In this document: in pieces, positions 12,801 to 24,800 of the stretch
How positions within the stretch are numbered: position 1 is the stretch's first letter
How the letters are laid out: the number at the start of each line of letters is the position of its first letter
Origin: Phoronis australis
Taxonomy: Eukaryota > Animalia > Phoronida
Length of the DNA stretch: 64,000 nucleotides
Direction: 5' to 3'
Assembly (NCBI GenBank): GCA_002633005.1
Contig: NMRA01000002.1
Coordinates: forward strand, 388,044-452,043
Translations under genes and position numbers: made by a program
Notes under the pieces: model-generated
Database searches by the model: none
The model's input: only the letters and a program-made list of their open reading frames with translations
What the model was told of the DNA's origin: nothing

Positions 12801-15800
12801 GACTTTCTGTCTCCTTCAATACTTTAAAATCTTGTAAAAAATTGATAAGTTTGAAGAACGACTCAGTTAACACGGACACGCAAATAAAATGTTGACTTTC
12901 TAATATCTAACCACAAATGAACAATGCCCACCACATTCAAGGTGGAAAATATGTCAGTAACTGAATTGCCAAAATGCTGAGTAATGTATACTATCAAGAT
13001 ATATACCAAATGGTTTCACAATTTTCAGAAATCTGATTCTTTTGGAGAACAGCAATCAAGTTGATCACTTCTTTAAAATTGAAACATTGAAGACTCAGTC
13101 TGTGAACATTGCCATGTATCTCATAACAGACTCTGTTGTAAGTAACGTGGTTCAGATCACACCCAAAACCCGACAACAAAAAGCATGGAAAACTGTACCC
13201 ATAGGACAAACTGATAAAGTATTCACAAACGTGTCAAAATATACTAACACTCAACAACAAGACAAACAATTGCAAGCCCGTTATAAATCCATTTACCAAT
13301 TATATGCTTTTCATCAAATTAAAAATAACATCAGTGATTATAACTCATATCACTGAATGGAATCAGCACTGCGTCAGAATAAAGTTGTTGGACGATAGAC
13401 ACGAAGACATCATGACCAAAAAGTCAAAATGCTGAATGAGCCTGGACTAGTATTTCGAGTGCAGTTTAGTATTTAATGACAGACAGTTAAGAAAGAAAGG
13501 CTCTAAATCTACAGCAAGGGTTCAGATGTACTATATCAAAGCTCCGATGGATAAATATGCAACTGTAGCAGGTCGTGAAGCTCACACTAAATCGAATATT
13601 GCGAACACTGCAGTCAATAGTTTGATAGTGCCCTGCGCAGAAGCTCCCAGATACAGGGATCAGTTGAAAAGTACTATTAATAATGAATCTTATTGTGAGT
13701 GAATTCAGCTGTCTATAAGAATCTCTTCGAGGTTTTGAGGATATATTTTGTGAATATTAAAAACACAAAAAGTCACATTGAGGAAAAAAGGATTGTAAGT
13801 ATACTGCTGTAATGTGCTTGTCAATGTAGGAACACCTCATCCCCTCTACAGGCAAATTGCCAAATTCATAAATAAAACCCAGAACTGCCACAGGAAGCGA
13901 TGCGAGCATTTGAGGAATGCTTCAACTAATTACCTTCAATTATTGACAGATATGTCTGACAAATTAAAGGAACAAAAATTTTCAACTATTCTGATAATCT
14001 ATTCTCTTGTAGTTCCATGAGTATACGCACAATTGACTTTTTTACAAATTAACTGCAAACGCCAGAATTTAAAAAAATGTCAACAAAAATGTAAAATCTC
14101 CAATAACTTCAAAGAAGGAATTTCCCCACAATGTTTCAAGTAACACAGACAAGAGTGAATGGACCATGTAGATTTGCAGTTCTGGATTTGTATGACATTT
14201 TTCTTTGGCCATAAGAGAATTAGAAATCAAATAATAAGCACGGTGGTTAGAAACGTCATGCTCAAGAAAGACTGGCTGAATGTTTTGTAGAACACTGTAC
14301 ACCAGACAAAAGCAATGTCTGTAGACACTATACTGAACATGGACACTGTGCTGACAATATCAGGATCCTCAACAGTGAGCACTTTGGAATCTTTGTAAAT
14401 AAAGGATCAACATGATAGAGCATCTTTGCACAATCAGCTAAGTAGTGTACCAGTCCTTTAAATCTGTACTAGGTGTCTCGCATGTCGTATTCATAATTGC
14501 ACTTTTGATATTTACTGATTGTAGTAGTATTTTTGAATTTTGTTTCCAATTAAAGCTATTCTGTTAATGGTATTACCTGATGATGCCTTTAGAATAAAGG
14601 TGGAACATTGTAAACATGAAGTTTATAACCACCATGCTTATTATTCGGTTTCTAGTTTTGGATTTGAACCTGACAAAGATCCAGCAGGGTTTATACACCA
14701 CACTTTGTGGATAGAAAGTCCACACAATACAAAATATTGATGTTTTCACACCTAAACAAATTCTTCCTTCATTGCAACGCTGAAGACGTTTTACACATAT
14801 CAAGAACTGCAGGAAGTTACCTTTGAAATGTAAGGCAAAGTTGCGGTTCATTTCCCATAAATTGTCATTCTAAGAGGGACCACGAATGGTTCATTGAAAA
14901 CACGCATGCTATCGAATGTAGCACAGCGATTGTGCGACGATTATTTTTATCTCAGTCTAAGAATAACTTATTTTGCGGACGAGCCTGCCCATCGTGCGCG
15001 CAAGTTGTATTGAACAATTCAAGTGTAAAACGCAATAACGCAAATCAAGTGGCTGAAGTAATGTCACAGCTGAGGATGACTGACAGGGACACAGAACAGA
15101 CCAGTCAAGAACATTTACCAGGTGGAAACCAATGGGAAATCATAACGGACAGGGGATTCCAGGACAACCACACGGTAGGAAGACAGTGAACGAATTCACC
15201 TGGGAATCTACCGTAAGACGCTTTCTTCTTAGGTATCAGGGCTTGGAATGACCAATGACAAAAAAACAGGAAAATTTTCCAGGTGATGTATCGTTCCACA
15301 AATAGGCTTTTGAGATAGAAACATTTTTTGTGTTGTAAAATTTAATGTTTTTGCATGAATAAAGTCAAATTAACAATAGAAAAAAAAGACGAAAAACGAG
15401 AAAACTGGAAATCAAATAAGACAGAATCGAAACCAAAAGATGAAATCCTCTTAAAAGAGGAAAATTCACGTTTTCTGCACCAGTATGTTAGTGGATGGAA
15501 AGAATGTTGATGGAAGGTAATTATGGCAAGAGAATGGGATTCAAAGAAAATGCTTAAAATAATCAATGTAATATCTAAACTATGAGTCCCTGTAACGTAA
15601 AAGTCATGACCTTGAAAACAAAATTCCTATCTCAACACCGATGGCTGCACTTCCATGCAAACTGAAATTCCAAACAATCCACAGCACAACATATCACTTT
15701 AGTGTATGACACATCACGATAACTGAAACGATACTAAAATTTTTTTGAAACTCCCATCGAATACATGATTTAACGGTTTACAAAGAAACTCAGTATTGTT

Positions 15801-18800
15801 AGTCATTGTTACGAACAACATAATGCAACCACTGGTTAAACACAACAGGAAGGCAATGAAAACTGAGTTGTCGTTATCACTGAGCCCCAGCCGAAAACCA
15901 AACAGGTATTTTGCTGTGCACGGCACATTCTCACGTAAAATATTATGTAAAAACTAGAATCTCACGAGAAGAGGAGACGTGTATTGTGTATGACATGGAA
16001 ACTGAATACACGGAGACAGTAGATGTCAAAAGTAACCACGCAAAACAACATTTCCCAGTTACGAGGATTAATCTCATTTACATTGAAAACAACTGACAAT
16101 GACTGCGGAAAAATCAAAATTCTAGAATGTTTTCACCTTGTTTTAACAAAAGTAAACATTTTTCGGAGAAATTGCGTCATCATTTCCGATCACATTGAAC
16201 GGCTAATGTGGTGATGAATCCACAACAGGGAATTACAGATACTTTTGTTCGATTATTCCTGGCATGAATTGTATAACCTAGTAGAGACCTAGTGTTCAGC
16301 GTTTTCAATGTTACCCCTAAATAAAACATTATTGGTTCAGACAATGAATTGCATGCATACGGTCCAAACTCTCCGACTTTCCCACTCTTCACGGACGATG
16401 CGCGTGCATCGTGTCACCAAACAAATGTCTACTTCTACGTATTTACTGCTATGGCCCCAATGCAAGGATCTACAAACTTAAGCAGACCCATTTATTTGAG
16501 GAGAAATTTGTTAATTTGTAGTGAGAACAAGCCGCCGCATTAGCAGTTAGCCGCAGTGAATAGCATTAGTTGGAGGAACCCACTCTGCTCAACAAGCAAA
16601 GCGAGTTACAGCAAAGATCATCACAAGTTGTGTAAAAGCCAGCAATCTCAGAGTTGATAGAGTTGTCATGCCTAATTCAAAGGATAACACCTGTTCTGAA
16701 TAAACGATAATTAATAATAACTATGGTATATTCTCTTAAACCATGCCTGAGGGCTACTTGGAACATAATCACGAAACAAAACAATTCCCTTTCGTTTTGG
16801 TCGCATTCACACAGGTTCTATGACAGGATAATTGTTAAGTATGCTACCCATAATCTATCCTTCAAATTAACCCGAGTAAATGAATACTAAATTTGACGAA
16901 TTGATTTTAAAGTGACCGAAAGAGGCACTGAGAATTATGTAAGACCGAAGGATAGCTAAAAATGTCACGGTATCACACTCGCATTATGTCAGAGAAAATG
17001 TTCGTTCTAGTCTAATGGAGAGCAATGACACAGCTCAAAACTTACAGCTTCATTAATTTAACTGGATTAAAATCTACCATGAATGGACACCTGTGAATTT
17101 GGTTACTGCAATGTGTCTTGACCAAACCAATGCCATAAATTGACAAATGAATGCATAATTAAGTAGACCGACTTACATTCGTTTAGGACACCATGAGAAT
17201 CCTTAAACAGTGTTCTGTTCATGACAACTACTTTCAGCCTTTCATTGTTCCTTGTTCTTGCGTTGGTGAAATATGGTGCAAATAGGTTACATCTAAGTGA
17301 TAACATCATGTGTTCTTACTTTACTCAAGTGATGCTGGGTATATCTGGGTAGACCAATACGTATAAATATCAAAAAATCCACCCAGGGAAGGTTTTAAGG
17401 TTATGTAAGACCCTAAAATAATGTCCAAATTTGGCTAAATTTGGAACATCATGTTTCAGAAACGGCTCATCGAATTTACACGAAACTTTCAAAAACCATG
17501 TTTTATGCACAGTTCTCTACAACACTGCATGAAAAAAATCAAAAGTTGTATAAAATGGAAACAAAATGATAATTTAGAAATCTATAACAGCATTTTTGAG
17601 ACATTTTAAACATAAATCAAAATTTGGTCTTGTTACTGATACCGTTGTTTTGCCATGAATGTACTTTTCGTTTTAATTAAATTTTACTAAAAACACATGG
17701 TCGCGTGAACCCAATTAATGGCAAACTGGCAAAAAGTCAAAACTCAAATTCCAAAGGCTTTCTGCTTTCACAAAATGAAATATACTTTTACGGAGTCAAA
17801 ATCTTCAGTTTTCTGGACAAGTGGCAAAGTACACATACTAGTTAATAAGGTCCTACAGAACATTAAAAGATGGTGCTATATCTCCAAGAGTGTGTTATAG
17901 TGCTACCCAATTTTGACAAAACATTTAATTAATCTGAATCTGCTACCAGTGATCAACTACAAGCAATTGTGTAAATATAAGAACCACGAACTTTGTAAAA
18001 ACGTCCGAATGACATACTGCAATAAGAGATCAAACAAAAATAAAAAATGAGAACTAGTAAAAGTGTGGTTACAATCTCAGTTGCAGTCCAAGAATTTAAC
18101 AAGATGATTTTCCACAATGCAAACTAATACAAAAAATTTTTTTTATAAAATGTTCCTCCCCTGAATGAACAATATGCACCATATTAGTCTCCAAACAGTT
18201 TCTAAATTTACTGCCTCTAGTGGCATCCGTACCGAGTGAATGCGACTAAAACAAGCGTGGATGCACATGCATTGATTGGTCAGTCTTGGTCTGTCGCAGA
18301 CATACGTACAGAGACACATCAACCAAGCTCACAACACTGCAAGTGGCAGGCTGGCCACGAAACCGGCGTACCAAAAGAAAAACATCAATCAGCATAATGT
18401 ATTACACAAACGGTGGATGTGCACAATGCGATAGGAGACTTACTCAGCTTAGATGCCCCTGCAGAGAAAAAAACAAGTCAAGACATTAGGAGATGAACTG
18501 GGCATGCTCAACACAGCCGACATTTGACGAGGGAACGATCCACAAACGGGCTCGCAGTCGACAAATAAATGCACAGGCAGGTCAACAGTACCTCAACACA
18601 GACACGATCAGGAAGTACTTCTCTCGACATTCTCGTAACGGTAAAATGCAACAAGTCATGATACAACAATACACGCACTTCAAAGTAAACGCGAAACATT
18701 TGAAAAAGCAAGCTTTTGTATGAAAAACCAAAATCAGGAAAACAGTAAAATGAAAGTACGTAACTGACACGAAAGACAATACACAGAGAAGATGTAACCA

Positions 18801-21800
18801 AAGCGAGGCTGAAAGCAACGTCAACCCAATATATCGTAAATTTGACGCATTTTGTACATTACCTTGGGAGCGATACGCGATGCAAAATACTGGCGATTGA
18901 AAGCTAGTGGAAACACATGAACTGCTTGTAACGCAGCGCCGTATCTCGCAAAGGGCTGGATGATCTCCCCAAAATTGCAAGCAAATAGTTTTAGGAAACG
19001 CGCTCCTATTACGGTGTAACTGACAGTCATCAAACAGAGACTCCCACTAATGTTCTGCGTAGGTGCGCAACTACAGGTTGGCCTGGATAGGAAAAGCGGG
19101 TTGGTAGAAGCAGACAAATAAAGCTGGGGTGCGGAGAGGTTAGGAAACGAGAGCAGACGCAACTTTGATAACTTTGCAATTTGGAAATAGCTGTGAAAAA
19201 GCGTAGTGCAAAATTTATGTGTGATCGGAGTTAAGTTGTGTGATTTTGGGCACCTCTATAGCAAAACCGGTAAATGTTTTGTATATTTTTGTGTTTGAAA
19301 AATTGTGATATCGTTTAAGGTACACCAACCAAAAATCACCATCTAAAGACAGACTTGAAAACAGCCCAAACTGACATAAATTGGGCGCATGTTAAATCGG
19401 ATGTCGCAAAACTAGAAATAAGACGCATTTAATCACATCTTCCACTGTTGTATCAATGATGACAGCAATAAAATGAAAAACGTAATCAAGAAATTGTATT
19501 TATCCCGAAACATTATTATCTAGGAAGGGTTTTCAATCCAAAAACATTGCAGTGACGAGGCGACTAACACGAATACTCCGTAGACGACACGGTTCACCAA
19601 AACATGAGATACATGAAACCAAACAAACCAGCTGCGTTGCACAAAATGATATCAACAGAAGGTAACAAAGAAGAAAGAAGCTAACGAACTGAAACCACCA
19701 GGCTTATACGTACTAACGAAGCTGAACTACTCCAATAGAACAACAGAGAGTTTCAAAGCAAGACAAAGGACACAACAGATCAGACGAAGGGAACTACTAG
19801 CGAATAATAGAACCTAATGGAAATTTAAGATTCTTAGGGCCCGAAAGAACTGGAGAAAGAGTACGAAAAAAAGACAACAGATGGAGTTGGTAAGAGCAGA
19901 AGGGTAAGTAAAAGATCCGTTCGACTATTGCTACAAATGGTGGTCAACATATCTACTGCGGTCTTGTTTCCGACTAATAGCAAGCAACAAGAACTGTTTC
20001 TAATGAATATTCACAAACAGCAACCATCCAAAATGTTTCATCTTTTAAATCTGTCTAGTGGCATAAATGTCCACATTATGCACCTAACTCCTAACAAAGT
20101 CAGAAGGCGGAGGAGTTCGGTGTCTTAATCTACCAAGATATTGCTCAAAGTTGTTTTTTCTAATATATTCAAACAAGATTGCTGCACTTGATGTGCACCC
20201 TTTCCAACCCCAAAATGTTAAACTACACCAAAGCATGGGATACAGTTAGCCCCTAAAGGTGAAGTGTCCACAGTAATTCTATGTACATATAGTCGTCATA
20301 CAACACGGGTTCCCAGCGTTACAACATCTACCCGACCTCAAAACACCCTTATTGCTTGCTATCCGAAGGTGCTCCCCGGGAATGTGTTCAGCAGTGTCGC
20401 TGCTAGATATTTACCCTGCTTCCAAAGCCAGCCTTCCTTGTCGGGGTTGAAGAACGTGTGCATCAAATCATTGCCATCATCTTCTGGGATCTTAAACGGC
20501 TCGTCCTTTATACTTTTGAAGCAACTCTGCAAGGCGCAAGATCGCAATTGGCATTAACCTGTTTACCAGCATTTCACAATAGGTGTGTTTCCATACCTGG
20601 CTTCTACATTTACTTTTACTGACCAAACACAATGAATGGGAACAAGTACACAAGTGAAATGTAAGCCATAGGCCACATTCAAATCACTAATTGCGAGTTG
20701 ATATCAGGGACACTGAGACAACTGCGGACATCATCTCGGTGAAGCCCTTGTGCTGCCCCTCTGCGAACGATGCTATCACTTACGGCCAATATTTCCCTGG
20801 GGAGATCACCGCCATCATTTATGCCTCTGTTCATAGATACAAACTTCTCTATGTCCGGCTTGTCCTTGACTGCGGTGTTGTGCAGACTTGTATTGAGCAT
20901 GATGATCGCAAACGACAGCACGTAGCAGGTGTCTGTAAGACAACAAGATGGCGTTGAAGCACAGATGATGTAATAAGACACAAAACAGAACTGATTAGAT
21001 GTTGAGTTGAAACCAAATTTATAATTACAACAGATACAGGATGGGCCTATTCAAAGATGTTTAAAATTGAGATAATAAATAGAGAACAAACTGAAAATAC
21101 TCCACCACTAAATAACTGAATGAGTCCTCGTCATCTACAGATAAGTAAACTAAATTCATGGCAAGACGACTCCAAATGGTTCATACCTGTCGTTTTGAAC
21201 ATGCTTGGGTTGAGCTCACAGTAACGCTTAGCAAAGGCTTCCATCATTCTGTCGATCTTCTGAGCCTCTCCAGGAAGTCGGAAACTCCACAGGAATTGCC
21301 TAAAGCATTAGGACACAGCATGTTTAAGTGGAGAGATTATCTTAAGCCATACTGGATAACATCATGTGGGGAGAAAAACCTTAAGCCATACTGGATAACA
21401 TCATGTGGGGAGATAACCTTAACCCATACTGGATAACTTCAAATGGAGATATTATCTTAACCTATACTGGATAACTTCATGTGGGGAGATTATCTTAAGC
21501 AATACTTGATAACATCATGTGGGGAGATAATCTTAACCCGGACTGGATAACTTCATGTGGGGAGATAATCTTAACCCATACTGGATAACTTCATGTGGGG
21601 AGATTATCTTAATCCATACCGGATAACATTGTGTGCAACCAAGCTAAGTGTTGCTGGTAAGTTTCAGTTTCGAACAACTATGTCCCTTGGTTCTGGTCTC
21701 TGAGCTCAGTGCCAAGTGAAATTTGATACTACAGCTTTTAGCAGCCAAATGGAATTTGAGGAATATATTGCTCAAAAGTCGGAGCTTGTACCCAATGTCA

Positions 21801-24800
21801 GAAAAAGGCAATGCTGGGCGACACAAATTCAAAAATTATGGGAGGACGACAAAATTAGCCTAATGACTGAAATTTTTGAATTAATGAGATACCATACTGG
21901 CTGCACATGATACAAAACTCAGTGCACAATACTTGGGGAATACGATGAACGCTAAACTCATCCACGTCCCAATTTCCAGAGTCAAAGAAATTCATTTGTT
22001 GCTTGAATTCCTGTGTCCCATATCTATGACAAACTGATATTTTTTACCACAGTAAGAATTTCTGGCACAAAAGTGTTATGCAATAAACTAACTAAAGTAA
22101 GAATTCTTAAAAAGCAACATTTCCCACACTGTGGTGTTCATTAATGTGACCCATGAAAAGCATGCGTTTATCCAAAGCTTACTTCCGACTTTCTGCAGCA
22201 TATTTTTCAAAACAGCTATATAAACAATAACACGCACAAGGCATTTACAAGGCATTTTTCCTGCATGGCGTTCCTTTGCTTTTGTATACACAGAATTTAA
22301 TGAGCCAAATCCTGATAACAGGAAACGAGGTTTCCATTAATATCATATTCTGAACACTTCCACAGCTGATGATGGTATTGGTATAGCATTCAAACAATTT
22401 TCAACATTCCATATGGCTACATGTCAACATGGGTACAGCGGGTCAAAGTTCACTACTTAACCTATCCAAAAGGCCACCAAGGGGTCGTGACCTACCTGAG
22501 AGCTTGCACCAGTATCATGTCTGAGAACTCATGCAGTTCCACGAATGCCGTCAGAACAGCCAGATTGAAGTCATGCCTGAAACAAAACGAATACAAACAT
22601 TAGCAAGAAAAGAGCTTTCTGTCTTTGGCGAGTGACTTTTAACAAAATGAATTAGAATTTGCAACTCTGTGATCAGAAACCAGACTACTCAATGAAGACA
22701 AGTTTAATTAATACATAACACAATGTTCTGAATGTGGACAAAATACAGAAAAAAAATGTCAGGGATCTTTATGTCCTGCGAGCTATCAGAGCCTGTCTGA
22801 CCTTGAATTGACCTTGTTATCGCCCCGCGACAAATGCTGTCACCTTAATACATAATGGGACAGCAATTAACACAAACCACTTACATGGCAAACAAGAGTC
22901 AGGTTCACATCCTGGCTGAATATGAGCCACAGACGCAACAAACACAGCCAACTTATGATGGAGTATTGGAAACTACAGGCACCTGCACAATCTACATTCG
23001 GCCAAAAAACAGCATAATTGGTTCCAGGCAAGTCGATTTTTTCCGATTTCCTAATTTTGTGAAAAGTCCGCTTAACGTCAGCCGAAATTGTTCAGGGACC
23101 ATGAGTCAAATCCGTACAAACTACCAAAAAATCAAACAACCTCCTCAACAGAATTTCACAAATTCAAAGTAATTTACCCCATTGCTTGGATGCTTGCCTC
23201 TACTTTCACATATCACCCCAAAACGATAGCAAGCAGAGTATTATATAAACAACCGAATATTAACTAATTCCACTTCATACCAACTGGCTAATCGAACATC
23301 CTAACCTTTACAAAGTGAAACGAATCTCAGTTTCTAAATCAAAGTCACACAAAGCAATTTTTCAAACATGGCATAAAGAAGTTTTCAAGCTATTCCACAT
23401 CACTGACACACTACTTTTTTCAGAATTCAAAATTTCAGAACCTCAAAAATTGCTATAACCAGTCTGTGAATACTGAAAGACAAAGTCTAATGGAAGTGGG
23501 TGGAAACTGGATCTAATAGACACCGATTGGATTTCAGGACTTACTGGGGAAATAAAAACAAGTAAATGGTGCCGAAAAAACACCTTCTATAATTGGATAC
23601 AAGGCGTGCCGCCAGCACTACAAATCCAATCATGTGCGCACAGACCAATGGAGCCTTCTAACAAGTGGTGGTTTTTAAAACTAACAATTTCTGACTTGGT
23701 GAGGAAACTACAATGCATGGCACAGGGTTAAATTAAACTGAACAAAATATCCAAAATTTATGCCTTGGTTGTGCAAAATTTTAGTGGACTGAGAGAAGCA
23801 GATTTCTTCAAAATATGTGATCACAAAATATCAGTCTGATCTGTGAGCAGAAAAGCATTCAGTTAAGGAAGGGCTGAAGTTGGACAAAATTAGAATTATA
23901 ATTGCATATAGAAAACCTCTTCAATTCACAACACGATACAGAGGAACACAGACACTTCATTTTGCACTCCAAGTTCACAGCTCACAAATTCTGAGCATTT
24001 CTGCTCAAAGATTTGCAGGACCATTAAAAAATGTCCAAATTTGGCTAACTTCGGAACACCATATCTGTGAAATGGTGGATAGGATTCGTACGAAACTTTC
24101 ACAATTTGTGCTTTACGCAATGCTCTTCAAAACAGTGTAAGGGACTGTTTTGAAAATGTTACACTTTTGTATGAGAAGCTAACGGAAATAGGACAATTAG
24201 TAATACAATTTTTATGAAAAAAATAAGTTGCACAAAATGTATTTCAGAAAATTGTAACAGACTTTTAGAAATTTCATCTTGATCACATGCATATCAAATG
24301 ATATTTTGCCACGTTTTTGATTCCATTATTTAGCTACAAATGAACTTTTGTTTTTGTTAATTTTTACTAAAAAGTCATGCATAAGTGACCACTTGACAGA
24401 CTGGTATGGAGCTTTAAAAAAATCAAAATCTACAGGCTGCCTACTTTCCAAAAAGCTAATTTCTAGTTTTCTAGATATTTGGCTTAATGCGCAGAGGACC
24501 AATGATGTTAGCAGATAAGAAATTGAACACTTAGTCTGTTAAACATGTCAGAGCCAATAGGAAACAGCTACAAACATCATCTACAGTGAACAGTAATTTG
24601 GTCAACTGATACTACCAATCCCAAAATGCAGAGGAATTTTATCCCCGCGACCAGGAAACCACAGCCGCTCAGGGGGCTGACGGCAGTTTTCAAGTGAGCA
24701 AGAACGTGAGAGATGGTAGTCTGCCCGAGCTTTTTTGGATTGTATAAGACAAGCTGTCATGACTCAATGTTTGCGTTTGTTAAAAATAGCAGCAAATCAT

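Noticed and set aside
15119-15199. 81-nt open exon-like segment in the PH-loop intron
   Set aside because: Poor acceptor with an upstream AG, adjacent to a MITE end; a 27-aa hydrophobic insert is implausible without transcript support.
18821-19162. ORF containing SASTNPLF, reminiscent of an extended PH loop
   Set aside because: That frame does not match the phase-1 junction after the nearby acceptor; it reads as a translated pyrimidine tract.
19340-19342. 3-nt exon-like unit ctttag ATG gtgatt (would give KQDGGKYR); similar TAC unit at 19710-19712
   Set aside because: Weak donors, competing AGs just upstream, and such units are expected by chance in 7.7 kb. I found no glycine-adding GNG exon.
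21331-21629. Regular ~38-bp repeats resembling a CRISPR array
   Set aside because: No unique spacers, no cas genes, eukaryotic intron: a minisatellite.
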